Positions 50,311 through 64,000 of a stretch of DNA of 64,000 bases are shown here, piece after piece (the first letter of the stretch is position 1; each line of letters begins with the position of its first letter). The position numbers and the translations under genes were made by a program. Source of the stretch: Antedon mediterranea (lineage: Eukaryota; Animalia; Echinodermata); assembly GCF_964355755.1 (NCBI RefSeq), contig NC_092679.1, forward strand, positions 14,491,432 through 14,555,431. The letters are read 5' to 3'. The notes under the pieces were generated by a model. That model was not told where the DNA came from and did no database searches. It saw only the letters and a list, made by a program, of their open reading frames with translations.

Positions 50311-51440
50311 TTAATATCCTAAAGACAATTCTCGGTCAGCCAATTCTGTTCTCTAAAGTCTCATGGTGGGTTACTGTTCCTTTTGCCTCAAATTGTGATT
50401 AGTGTTAAATGTTAGTATACATGGAAAATGATGTTATACCTGTTCACATACTGTAGTGCTAAATTAATCAATTAACTATTCCTACATTGTACATATTAAA
50501 ATAATGGGACAATGGTTGAAATATTTCCGCCTATAGCAATATAATTTAATGTTAATTCTCTTTCAGAGTAGGACTACTTTACTTTTCCGCTGTAAACTTT
50601 GACCTTCTTAAAGACTGTCTGAAATAGCCATAGATTGAGATATGTATGCACATCAAGCAAGTATTTATACCTATTAATTTTTGGGATCTAGTCAAAATTT
50701 TGTATATATTTTTGTAATGAGGTAAATTAAATTAATTTTTGTGCTAATTCAACCAGCTAATTAAATACATTATTTTATTAGGTCCAATTATTGTATTATT
50801 TCGATACAGTAATTCAAGTTGTATATATTTGCCAAGATTCATCCAAAATTATTATGATATATTAAAGAATAATAGTTAATTCTGAATGTCCCAGGGCTTG
50901 CAGAATAAAGATTTTTTTTTCCTGAGGACATCCAGTGTCTGAGATTTGGTTGCCCTCTCAATTCTCAAATTGTGACAGCCAAAAATGTCAAACATCTGAT
51001 TGAGCAACTGTGTATACTGTAGTATTCCACAGCCAATGCAAAACATTGTATTTTACTTGGTTTCCCATTGGGACCGAACATTTTAGTTTTTAGTTTCCCT
51101 AGAGGGCAACCGATTCTGATAGTAAAGGCGAAGTAAAAATAATATTTATTTTTTACCATTTATTTATTTATGAATATAAGAATTTTGGACAGAACTGTTT
51201 GATTTAAATATTATTTTGATTTCTATGTGAACAGGTTTTGTATTATTACATTAGATTATTAATATTATTATAAATGTGTGTTATTAGTAGCTGTATATAT
51301 TATTGTATATATAGTTTGAATTCAGTTGCAGGACAGTTGTTACAGCCTTTCCACACAGAGCAGGTGAGATGATGGGCTTTGAATGCTAGCCACACGAGGG
51401 CGCACAAATGCAAAATGGAAATGTACGACGGGAGACTGAC

Positions 51441-51618
51441 CGAGATTTTCACCTCCATGACTAAAGCGCCTTTGTTTCTGATTGGATGATGTGGACACGC
51501 TTCGTTGTTTCTTACCATGCGTTACGGGTGATTGTTTGGCGCTGGAAGTAGATAGATCATTGACCCGATGTGTGGTTAGTGAAATGCTGCTACCTGGATT
51601 AGACTCTCCACCGTCAAG
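51441..51618 (-). CDS. MARK: MARK post-UBA exon; donor uncertain (exon end 51441, 51453 or 51516)
   Basis: LDGGESNPGSSISL...KKQRSVSTSSNQKQRRFSHG resembles vertebrate MARK QRSVS..QKQRR.S. Confidence 0.85.
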
Positions 51619-51995
51619 CTGAAATTAAATGCAAACAAAAAAAATGTTGAAGATAAGATCTTTTCATCATAATTAATTAATTGTGGAAATTCATATTCAC
51701 AAAAATACATGAAAATTACCTATTAAGGGGACACCTTTGGGTCCCCAACAAAGTATCGATTTTACATATATTTTATATATTCTATTTTCACATTTTGATG
51801 AATACTAATTTTTTATATTCTTTGTATTATTCTTTTCTTTATTAGTACAGTAAACCTCTTATTTGGAACACCTCTATTTAGGTGACGCCACTATATTAGG
51901 AACAATCCTCATGGGGCACCCTAAAAGGGGACACTTTCCACTAAAAGAAACATAATGAGTTAAATGAGCTCAATTGTTTTCCTCTTAAGACAAAC

Positions 51996-52208
51996 CTCTT
52001 TCTGTCTTCTACCCAATAGTAAGTACGTGGCAAATGCAGCGTCGTATTTCCTCGATTTTAGTGATTCCTCAATTTCTTCCCGACTGAACGTCATCCGCAT
52101 CATCATTTCTATCCTTCGTTTGTCGCAAAAGTCTGTCTCAGGCTCTTTGTATGGCTTTAACTCATCCTCTTCAAAACCTAGATTGATCCATTTATCTCTC
52201 ATTATTGC
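51996..52208 (-). CDS. MARK: MARK exon: end of kinase domain and UBA
   Basis: AIMRDKWINLGFEEDELKPY.EP...RIE.M..M.FSREEI.ESL...KYD...ATYLLLGR; 213 nt, phase 0-0. Confidence 0.96.
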
Positions 52209-52244
52209 CTGCAAAAAACAAAACAAAATTTCAAATTAGTGATA

Positions 52245-52395
52245 GCAATATGGCATAATATGCCAATATTATTGGACTAGCATGTGAGAAGCATTGGTTC
52301 GAGACATGTCTATACTTGTATCCTTTGGCAAGATAATTTACTCCCTATGCCTAGTACTTTGGATAGGATGTAATGCTGTTGGTCCAGTGTACACA
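52245..52395 (+). mobile_element. tRNA-derived SINE
   Basis: B box ggttcgag, body ttgtatcctttggcaagata...tttggataggatgtaatgctgttggtcc, shared with 55567. Confidence 0.6.
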
Positions 52396-55300
52396 ACACA
52401 CAAAAGTAGGCGCACTTTTTGAAAGGTTGGAGGATCGTTTATTTCGAATCTGTCATGTCGCCTAGCTTCTACGTACGGGACCTACGTAAAACTAGGAGAT
52501 TTGTATTAAACATGATTTTACACGAAAAGTATAAAATAAATGCCAGCACGTTCCTTTAAAAATATTGTCAATGCATATTTTTTGTTCCTGTATTTTGTAT
52601 TTAATTCTTGACAATACAGTACAGTAAAAACCACCTTTTTTTCTGGCACCTATAGATCGTTTCGTTTTGTTTGTTATGCCCACAAAAAGAGCGAACCGAA
52701 AAAAAGGACCGATAGGATATGTGACGTCAAGTGGAAATGATCTATTGGGTTCTGAAGATGTCCCCTTAATAGATTTTGTACTGTATGTTGTATTCTCAAC
52801 ATAACACGTTTATTGTGAAGAATCCTAAAAAAACACTTCATTAGTGGCAGAATTTAATTACCAAGAATAAGCGGTAATTTTCAACTCATCTGAACAGGCC
52901 CTAATTGTTTTATCCAGGTTAAACATAATTAATATACCAATTTCTATTCTTCAGGTTTTAATTTATTAAAAGTTAATCAATCAACCAATGTTTTTTTTTT
53001 TCCAATTTCATCAATTCAGTAGTAGTGTACTTAAGTATATTACCCTTGATTCTCTCTTCATGCACCGAATCTAATCAGTAATTTACATTACCATTTAAAA
53101 GTGTGCTTTATTTGAAATTACAGTATTTTTCCACTTTCAAGAAACATAGCTGTTTACATCAAGGTCACTGCACTAACATTTGGGATGTTTATATTAAAGC
53201 CATGGATAATACATTAATGTTTTTCGCTGGCGTTCGTGTGTTAAATTCAGCCGACATCGCATGTTAAATTCGGCCAGAATCAACAAAGTTGCGTATTTGT
53301 TTTTTCCAGAAACTAAATTTACCGATATTGACAGTTGATTTGAAAACTAGGCTAGAATTGTAAGGAACGGTTAAATTAATTAATCAAACAATTTAATAAT
53401 TTTAATGCATTTATTACAAATTTGAGGTCGGGTTAAAAAGGTATCGTAACAGTTGGCTTGGGTGTAATGGCAAAAATATTGACAAAGAGTTTAGGGTTAA
53501 AATACCTTATTTTTTAAAAGCATTAATTTATCCTACCAATACCACATCTAATTTTTTAACTCAATGTACAATTTCATCATTTAGCTAAATTCACATATCA
53601 TAACAGTATCATTTAAAATGTCTAAAGCTTTTCAATCAGTATATAATACAAAACATTACTTCCTGAACATACAAAACCCAAAAACAAAACTTTCTAAGCT
53701 GATCCCTGAGGTTGCCTAGGAATATTAGAGTAGCTTGTACATTGCATCAGCAAGATGTATGTTACAAGTTAAGTTGGCGATTTAAAGTGCAATTTTGTTT
53801 TCATTTATTAAAAAAAAAACATCTTAAAAGATTTATTTTCCTAAAAAAAAATCCAAATACAAATTGCATACCTCAAATATTACTGATTTGGCAAATTTAT
53901 AATTAAAATGTCAAAATCAAGAGAAAAAATATATGGCCATATAAAAGGGTGACTGTGATAATAGTGTCACCCACATGTCATAATGTTAGTGTTTACTCAA
54001 AATTGGTGGTCACGTACATAGCAATAGTTGGTTTTTTTTAAACAATATTTAGCCATTACCACTACACAAGTGGTGATATTTACCTGTCACCCAAGTGGTG
54101 ATTTTCTAATATCCGAAATAATCAATTTTGTTGCCTGATAATAGAATAATTTCGCCAGTGTGAATTACCTTTTATACCATTTTAAATGCAATTTTTCCCA
54201 GAACAATTACAGTAAAGGCACTGGAAATTAAATTTAAATATTCCTATATTTTGATGAACTTGAACATTAATAAATGCAATTTGTAGTCGTTTTGTTTCAA
54301 AATCCGAATCCAAGTAAAATATTTTCAATTGACTTCCTTAATCTTATTTTCACAGACATAGATTTTATGTACTGGCTTTCTGTACGACACATTAACTGTA
54401 ACAATTAAATCTCAATATGGTATATTAATTTATGTTTTAAAGGAGCATTGTTATGATTATTATGTATTTTTATAAAATGAAATAGTCTTGTGGACGAATA
54501 AAGTTATCTTATGTTATAACTTATTATTATTCATGTACTGTAATAATTCAAGAGTTTGTGTTTGCCCTCTTGGGTAGTTTTACTCAATTTGTTTAATAAA
54601 TACTTAGAATCAGGGCTAGAAAAATAAAAAGAAATTGATTTTCCCCCCAATAGTAAACCTTTGCTAGTTGTAAAAAATCTAACAAAATGAGCCACCAAAC
54701 TAGCAAGCCAGCAAATTTGTTGGTAAATTGATTCATTCTACAAAAAGTGGATATTTACAGAAATTAGAAGATCAAATATTTTTTTTTTCAAATTACAACC
54801 AGCTAACATTAGCTAGAAATTTACAAAACTTTCAAGAAATCATGAAAAGTCTACTAGAAAATTGATATTTGCTGAGTATAATAACATCATTCTCCGATTG
54901 TATAATTTTAATTCTTATTCTTGATTCAGATTAATCTTAATAATTGACATAAACTCACAGTGATGTTTATAATTTTCCTTTGGATTTATTCGCTAATTTA
55001 CTACTAATTGCAAGTGGAAACTACAAATAAATTATTCTAATCATTTGTAAATATTACCTAGTTAGTATCACTGCAATGATCATAAATCCGTAAGGAACTC
55101 AAACTGCTCATTGATTTTGACAAAATCTGATTAGTCAAGCAAATGGTTAGCAGGCTGCTACAGCATGACCCATATACTCAACGACCAATCTTGAAAAATT
55201 CATGATGAATACCGAATATTACTTGTCACTCGTTGATAAAATACCTCGGCCTTGAACTCCCCGATACTCTAGCTATATCATCGACCATTATAATATGCTA

Positions 55301-55566
55301 TTCGGTTTCATTAAATTATCCCCTGTTAATTCAATTACACACCGCGGCGAATCTTGAGGGATTTGGTCTTTCTAAGGTGCGCACCGTTACAGCGTTTGTT
55401 GGCCGTGTTTCCTGCTCATCGTTAATCGACGATGACAGCACGGGTGTATTGGCCAGATGGTCATGTCTACTAACGGATATTGAAATAACGTGTTCATTTG
55501 GTGTTGGTGGTAGCGATTACATTGTATTCGTGTAATAAAAATCAAAACCACAATCTATATTAGACA

Positions 55567-55740
55567 GAGCAATATGGCGTAATGGTGAGAGATACCCGAC
55601 TAGCATGTGATAGAGGCATTGGTTCGAGATCTGTTTGTGCCATATTGCTTAAAATAGCCATAGTAATAGTCAAATTGTCTCATCTTTCGAATGGGACGTA
55701 AAGCTGTTGGTCCTGTACATTGCAAAAGTAGGGGATCATC
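55567..55740 (+). mobile_element. tRNA-derived SINE
   Basis: A box tggcgtaatgg, B box ggttcgagatc, then ctttcgaatgggacgtaaagctgttggtcc, which resembles Deu-type SINE cores. Confidence 0.65.
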
Positions 55741-55942
55741 TCATGTTGCACTGAAAATGACAACGTTATTATGTGGTTTGTGTAAGTATAACCAATTGTC
55801 TTTACCTTTTGAAGATCATAAACTCTTCTACAAATTCAATTTCAGTTAAAATAGCCAACCTACAAAAATGTTTTGCTGCCCAAATGTATTCTGCAGAACA
55901 TCATTCTAGCGCACTAGTTATATCACATTTGTAATGATTTCA

Positions 55943-56119
<177 letters not shown>

Positions 56120-56498
56120 TTATGAATAATCAATTTACTTTCTATAAATATTTATACTAGTATGTTTCAAATCAACCTTTGCAATTCTGTAACAAAAAAA
56201 AATCTCGAAAACACATAATACCATTTTTGTAATCTTTGTGCAGGAGAGAAATACAATCTCTAGGCTCTTTTAGACGACGAGACGATGCTTATTCATGTAA
56301 TGCATTGTGGGAGTAACACATCGCAGAAATTTATGATATGGCAAAAGGGGATAGATAGGATACAGTGTTATAAGCAGCATGGATTCAATTAATGTTGAGC
56401 ATACATTTAGAACAGTTTCAAGTATCTTGACAATTTGATAATTTCAATTAGTCGGCTGTACTAAGCTATACCAAACACAAACCAAACTAGAGTAGAGA

Positions 56499-56702
56499 TT
56501 GGCGGTTGACATGCCTGCCTACACATTCCTCCAGTCCAGTGTCCAATCTTGACCTAGTGGCAAGGTTGGCGGTTGACATGCATGCCTACACATTCCTCCA
56601 GTCCAGTGTCCAATCTTGACCTAGTGGCAAGGTTGGCGGTTGACATGCATGCCTACACATTCCTCCAGTCCAGTGTCCAATCTTGACCTAGTGGCAAGGT
56701 TG
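56499..56702. repeat. 67-bp tandem repeat, 3 copies
   Basis: ttggcggttgacatgc.tgcctacac...gtggcaagg at 56499, 56566 and 56633. Confidence 0.95.
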
Positions 56703-56822
56703 TAACTCATGACTGTCTCCACTCCACTACCTGTTGCCGGAAGTCTTTCGCAGTGCAATTGACATACACATTGATACAGTAGTTTAACCAGTCTTCCGGT
56801 TATCATGTGTTGAAAATTCTCA

Positions 56823-57167
<345 letters not shown>

Positions 57168-57620
57168 TTAAAATAAGTGAATCGTCAATTTTTCATATAA
57201 CAAAAGATTTGCTTCCTAATTTGGCAAAATATTGGAAGCAAGTTATATCTCGTAAAACACCAGAACAATTTAAGAGTAGGGGACTGACTCAAAAGTTAAG
57301 AAGATATAAAATGGCCATCATATTCAGAAATACAGTAATGAGTAATCATCATAAATAAGGATCTGTATAATCGGTAAATCAGCAAATATCCCAAAAGATT
57401 TTGAATCAGAATATCGTCTTTCATATATTGTTATTTTTTTGTTAATGAATTATTACATTTTTATAAATTTTTATAACAAATTTATAACAAAAAATCCTAT
57501 AAAAGCCTTCAGTAAAGCCCCTCCTTTAGGAAACCCCTATGAAGGTGACACTTTCATGAGATATAAACTAGGAAAATATGGCCAATTCCTATTCAGGGTG
57601 AAACTTTGTTTGGGCTTTAA

Positions 57621-58475
57621 CCCTTTCACTGCGTATACCCGGTACTACCGGGTATAAACAAACGTCGTTGAAGTGCGTATACCCGGTAATACCGGGTATG
57701 GGCAAAACAATGATTTAATCGTATTTGCCTATAATATATAGCACCCTCTATATTTGTTCGATGAACTTGAATATTTTTGCAAGTCATTAAAAAAATTTTC
57801 CAGCAAAAAAAACGACCCTCTATAGCTGTATTATTGTCTTGAAAATCATGCGCCCTCTATAGTTATATTATATATAGTATAGTGTATATAATAGTATTCT
57901 ATTTTGGAAAGTTGTTTTGAGTAGCGTAATGGCGGCCATTTTGAAAGTAACCAAAATTTACCAGCCCCAATAGGGCAACATTGTGTTTATCACAACACGC
58001 AAAAAAAAAAAATTCTGAAACAATAGTTAGTTTTGTACTATAGTGAATTTTTGGGAAATGTCATTATTTTCACGATTTTGCCCCAAAACTTTGATTTGTG
58101 CATAATTTTTATAAAATAATAAAAATAATTCAATTTTTTTTTATATTTTTATTTGTTATACGTATCTTTATCAATATTCTGTTGGAAAAACGTATTCCAT
58201 AAGAATTTCTTATAGAAAATATAGTTTTTATCATTGATTCGATAAAAAACACGAAATCCAAAATACCTGTAATGACGTCACATGACGTCATCAATATGCA
58301 AATTACATTTTTTTTTATACCTAACTGTAGACTAACCCTTTGCCCATCACACACCACAAAAATAATTACACAATTATCTCAATTAGTATTTTTTTGCAAT
58401 TTTTTAAAATACCATATGTTTTTCTTAAATATACATTACGCACAGAGGTGGGAATAATGCTCCGCAGTGAAAGGG
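57621..58475. mobile_element. piggyBac-type non-autonomous element
   Basis: TTAA-CCCTTTCACTGCG ... CGCAGTGAAAGGG-TTAA; subterminal palindromes tatacccggta.taccgggtat. Confidence 0.9.
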
Positions 58476-59084
58476 TTAAAAAGGAATCTGTTAAGGTACT
58501 GTTAATTGAAGATGCACCATAAGCAAAATATTATCATAAAAATCACTATGATGATAATAAATAATCAATAATCAATTGTCTTCCTGCTGCCAAACCAAGA
58601 CAATGCTATTGTGATTGAGAATATCTTATTATATAATTTTGCAACACAGTCATGATCGAATCTTATATCTTAACATTGCTATTGTTATAATCTATAACAT
58701 CATAATTCTATTCTCGATCTGATATTAACATCATTAGTATATTATTATTTTAAAAATCTTAATAAAATATCATGTACAATGATTTAATAATAACTGCATA
58801 ATATAATCCACAGTACAAATTAAATTTAAATACATGGAGCAAACAAATTACAACAAATCGGTTCTCGTCATACTCTTCGTAAATTATATGTTGCGAACAC
58901 ATTTAAGTCAACTACGATAGAGTCTAGTCCTTGTAATCTATTAACATAAATGTCAGTGAATTTCATTTATTTGATTGTACTCAAGGTACAACCTATAAGT
59001 TTGATTCTAAATGTCAAATGGTCACGCGTTATGAAAGCGCAAGACAGTGATCAATACGACCAAGGCTAACTGTTAATTCTATTC

Positions 59085-59710
59085 TATCTATTGTGATTGA
59101 TACTATCAGAAATTAGAAAGTGGTCATGTAACTAGCCCACAATGCCGTGTTTACGGGCTAGCAACTTCATTGATTTCACTTGACTATTGATACTACAGTT
59201 AGAAAGTGGCCATGTAACTAGCCAACAATGTCATGTTTACGGGCTAGCAATTCATTGATTTTACTGGCTATTGATAGCATCAGTTATTATTAGAAAGTGA
59301 CCATGTAATAACTAGCCCACAATGCCGTGTTTACGGGCTAGCAACTTCATTGATTTCACTTGACTATTGATACTACAGTTAGAAAGTGGCCATGTAACTA
59401 GCCAACAATGTCATGTTTATGGGCTAGCAATTCATTGATTTTACTGGCTATTGATAGCATCAGTTATTATTAGAAAGTGACCATGTAATAACTAGCCCAC
59501 AATGCCGTGTTTACGGGATAGAAACTTCATTGATTTCACTGGCTATTGATAGTATCAATTATTAGAAAGGTTGCCATTTAAGTAGCCCACAAAGTTTGTG
59601 GGCTACTTAAATAAAGTCATGTTTATTAGGGCTAGCAACTTCATTTATTTCACTGGCTATTGATAGCATCAGTTATTAGAAAGTTGCCATGTAACTTGCT
59701 CATAATGCCG
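59085..59710. repeat. Tandem repeat of ~90-bp subunits arranged as 180-bp dimers
   Basis: actagcccacaatgccgtgtttacggg at 59131, 59311 and 59491, alternating with the variant actagccaacaatgtcatg. Confidence 0.9.
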
Positions 59711-59823
59711 ACTGTTACTTAGAGCACATCATACTATGTGCATTGTTAGATGGTTAGATCATGAATTCTAACAAAACTGTTTGACCTATCATACTTAAAA
59801 TATTACTGTACATTGTGAAACTA

Positions 59824-61416
59824 TTATTAGTTATCCGCACTTGGCGGATAACTCCTTGTTATTGTATGGGATCAATATTTTTTTCTGTATTATTCTTCTT
59901 TCTTTCTCGCTATTTTTGTGTAGAGCGTTTCTCTAAAATGTGTAAACATAACATTTTATAACTTTGACAACATGTGGGCATTTACGTGAAGTTGTGCACC
60001 TCCTATTTTTGAATTACGTCAGAGTTGCGCAACGTGACTTACGCGCGATTTTATGATTTTTTATGATTGATCATAGATTAAAAACTAAAAGTGATTTTTA
60101 ATTGACACTTTGTGAAAGTTTAATTTATATCATGCGCTAACTTTCTGTTTGAAAAAAATTGCGTGTTTTACACAAAGTTACGCGCGCACGCGCATTTAAA
60201 ATTTCAAAATGCGCAAAAATAATTTCTAATCAACTTTCTACGCGTTTCATGTCATTTTAAGCATGTACAAAATTACCGCGCGCGCGAAAAATATTACGCG
60301 CACGGTGCGCATAGAGCATGAAAATCATGTTTTTTTCTCTTGAATTGTGATTTTCCAGCCTTTCCTAGTCATTTTCAAAAAGATTGACATCATTTCAAAT
60401 TAAAATTACGTCATACGAACACGTTGATTTAGCCCATTTGCGCGCGTTTTAGTTGAAAAAGTTACAAAATGTTGTCAAAATTATGCCTATTTTGAATGTT
60501 TTATAGCTTCTCAGGATCAACGATTACCCCTAATTTTTTTAAATTAATATGTAAGCAGATATGTTGTAGATATGAATTCATGCAGAATTTTTACCTCACG
60601 GATGTTGTGACGTCATCATATGGCCACACGAATGTAAAATATAGGATTTTTTTGTCTTTCGTTATTGCTCATCACATTCAATGGAGCGCATCACGCTTAT
60701 ACGTATTTCTTTTTCTCCGAGATTTTAATATTGTCTAGGTCAATCAACTATCTTTCGCATGAGATAAAAATATTTTAATTTTTATGACGTCATCATGCCT
60801 AAAAATTTTAATTACGTGGGTCATTAATTTCATCTTTACAGTAAATTTTAATCTGTAATAGCCCGTCAAAATAAAATGTGATAATCACGATTAAAACATT
60901 TTCTGGAAGCTCTTGGATTGTAGATATGAAATCATGTGAACATTTTGCCAATCAGATGCTGTGACGTCATCATATTGCAAGTTAAATAAAAAAAGTCGTA
61001 TTTTCATCTTTTGCATCATAGTTCATTATATTTAAAAGAGCGCGCATCAATATTAAACGTATTCAAATTTCTTCTACACGTTAATATGTTGTTGCTGAGA
61101 TAATTTGCTTCCGAAATTGCTATCTTAGTGTTTCATCTTGATACCGTCGCCATGTTACAAATTTGAATAAATGGCGGGTCCCGTAATTTCACCTATTCTA
61201 CACTGTATGTAACATGTATACAGATTATACTGTTTGCATGTATATACTATATGACACAAAATTGACAGAATTCAGCACTAACAACATATCATATTCTTCA
61301 GATCAGGTCATAATGCCATAATTTTTTCTGTGTGCAATATTCTAACGTATGACGTGCACGTGGCGTTTGTCGTGCGGATAACTAACTCGTCAAAGTGACG
61401 AGTTACATGTCTAGTT
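59824..61416 (+). mobile_element. Helentron-type (DINE/HINE-like) non-autonomous element, copy A
   Basis: 14-bp subterminal IR ttagttatccgcac (59827) / gtgcggataactaa (61372); 5' hairpin gttatccgc-acttg-gcggataac; 3' hairpin aactcgtca-aag-tgacgagtt; ends ctagtt. Confidence 0.8.
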
Positions 61417-61845
61417 ATAATTTATAGCTATTGCTAGCCTACCAATCATAAATTATGTGTGCATGAATGTATTATTTGTTGTTGTATAGAAAATAAATCC
61501 ATTACATTTACATACATACAAATACAATTTTTAAGACTGTTAGATAAATACGCAACAAACTGACCGGCCTATCATATTTCATAAGTAACAAATATTAACA
61601 AGACTATTGGATAATCACAAGGTGTAATAGTCTATTCTAACAACAGTTAAATTCTAATTAATAATCGTACTTCAATTAATATTCGTGGTTATGAGTAAGA
61701 GTGCCTTCCTGTTTTTTTATAATTCTCTACTGATCTTGTTAATAGTGTTACATCATGTAGGTGAGACGATTTCCTGTAATAAGAGCACTGCTACAGACAC
61801 AACTTGCTTATTTAAGACCTACGAACAAAACCCAAACTTAAACAA

Positions 61846-63367
61846 AACTAGACATGAAACTCGTCACTTTGACGAGTTAGTTATCCGCACCACGACAAAC
61901 GCCACGTGCACGTCTTACGTTGGAATATTGCACACAGGTAAAGATTATGGCATTATGACAAGAACTGAAGAATATGATATGCTGTTAGTGCTGAATTCTG
62001 TCAATTTTGTGTCATATAGTATACATGCAAACAGTATAATCTGTATACATATTACATGCAGTGTAGAATAGGTGAAATTACGGGACCCGCCATTTATTCC
62101 AATTTTTAACATGGCGACGGTATCAAAATGAAACACTTAGATAGCAATTTCAGAAGGAAATTATCTCAGGAACAACATATTAACGTGTAGAAGAAATTTG
62201 AATACGTAAAATATAGATGCGCACCCTTTTAAATGTGATGAACTATTACGCAAAATATGAAAATACGACTTTTTTTATTCAACTGGCCATATGATGACGT
62301 CACAACATCCGATTGGCAAAATGTTTACATGAATTCGTATCTACAATCCAATAGCTTCCATAAAACGTTTTAATCGTGATTATCACATTTTATTCTTACG
62401 AGCTATTACAGATTAAAATTTACTGTAAAGATGAAATTAATGACCCACGTAATTAAAATTTTTTGGCATGATGACGTCATAAAAATTAAAATATTTTTAT
62501 CTCATGCTAAAGAAAGTTGATTGACCTACACAATATATAAATGTAGGAGAAAAAGGAATACAGATAAGCGTGATGCGCTCCATTGAATGTGATGAGCAAT
62601 AACGAAAGAGACAAAAATCCTATATTTTACATTCGTGTGGCCATACGATGACGTCACAATGTTTTTTTAGCCTTATCGATGCATGATCCGATATCTACAA
62701 CTCATCAACTTCTAGATTTTGTAATAAAAATAAACGGTTCACGGTTTACTTTAGAAACTATGACTGTTTAAAAAAAGACATAATTTTGACGATTTTTTAA
62801 GCTTTTTCATAAAAAACGCGCATGAAATGTTTAATTCAACGTGTTCGTATGGCGTTATTTAAATTGGAAAAGGTCTAAATTGTTTTCAAAATTACTAGGA
62901 AAGGCTTGAAAAATATGATTCAAGGGAAAAAAATATGTTTTTAACGCTACGTGCGCACCGCGTGCGTAAAAAATTGCGCGCCCGTGGGAATTTTTGACAT
63001 GCTCAAAATGACAAGAAACGCATAAAAAGTTGATTAGAAATTAATTTTGCGCATTTTGAAATTTTAAATGCGCGTGCGCGCGTAACTTCTTGTGAAACAT
63101 GCCATTTTTAATCCGTAGAAAGTTTGCCCCTGATATGACTTAAATTTTGTCAAAGTGTCAATACTAAATGACTTTTAGTTTTTAATCTATGATCAATCAT
63201 TGAAATTCATAAAATTGCGCGTAAGTTACGTTGCGCAACTATGACGTCATTCAAAAATAGGAGGTGCACAACTTCACGTAAATACCCATATGTTGTCAAA
63301 GTTATGAAATGTTATGTTTACACATTTTAGAGAAACGCGATCCACAAAAAAGAAGGATGGAAAGAAG
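61846..63367 (-). mobile_element. Helentron-type element, copy B (inverted relative to A)
   Basis: Reverse complement of most of copy A, lacking the extreme 5' hairpin. Confidence 0.8.
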
Positions 63368-64000
63368 AACTAGACATGAAACTCGTCACTTTGACGAGTT
63401 AGTTATCCGCTCGACAAACGCCACGTGCACGTCATACGTTAGAATATTGCACACAGAAAAATATTAAGGCATTATGACCTGAACTGAAGAATATGATTAT
63501 GTTGTTATTTCTGAATTCTGTTATTTTGTGTCATATAGTATACACAGTACAATCTGTATACATATCACAAACAGTGTAAAATAGGTGAAATTACGGGACC
63601 GGTATTTTATTGTAATTTTTAACATCTTGACGGTTTCAAAATGAAATGCAAAAGTAGAAATTTCAGAATGAAATTATCTCAGCAACAACATATTAACGTG
63701 TAGAAGAAATTTGAATACGTGAAATATTGATGCGCGCTCTTTTAAATGTAATGAAATATAACGCAAAAGATGAAAATACGACTTTTTTTATTTAACTGGC
63801 CATATGATGATGTCGCAACATTCAATTGGCACAATTTTCACATGATTTTGTATCTACAATACAATAGCTTCCTGAAAACGTTTTAATCGTGATTATCACA
63901 TTTTATTCTTACGAGCTATAACAGATTAAAATTTACTGTAAAGATGAAATTAATGACCAACGTAATTTAAATTTTTAGGCATGATGACGTTAAAAAAATT
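63368..64000 (-). mobile_element. Helentron-type element, copy C (tandem with B, cut by window end)
   Basis: aactagacatgaaactcgtcactttgacgagtt repeats 1522 bp after 61846 and continues colinearly. Confidence 0.8.

Noticed and set aside
61685-62136. 128-aa and 63-aa ORFs
   Set aside because: They span the terminus of a non-coding Helentron-type repeat; no recognisable domain.

Overview
AT-rich, intron-containing eukaryotic genomic DNA, probably from a marine invertebrate; an echinoderm-like deuterostome is a guess from composition and repeat types. There is no prokaryotic or CRISPR content. Two host genes lie on the minus strand. One is the 3' part of a MARK/Par-1 kinase (kinase C-lobe, UBA, spacer, KA1; 57146->33601), whose 5' exons lie beyond the window and which has several frame-preserving candidate micro- and cassette exons. 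The other is a complete 5-exon classical SDR of RDH8/HSD17B1 type (26779->23336, 288 aa). The first 23 kb is mostly decayed transposons: Academ-type transposase pieces, a 4.2-kb non-autonomous Academ-like element with ~650-bp TIRs and a TAC target duplication, a Penelope-like element with a hammerhead ribozyme in its inverted pseudo-LTRs, a Helentron-like remnant with an N-terminal USP-type protease split by a LINE, and a Harbinger-type Myb/SANT remnant. It also holds a 197-bp self-palindromic satellite and a 24->21-bp minisatellite. MARK introns carry many MITEs, SINEs, a LINE and an inverted-plus-tandem array of Helentron-type non-autonomous elements. All calls come from manual reading and remembered motifs; no searches were run.
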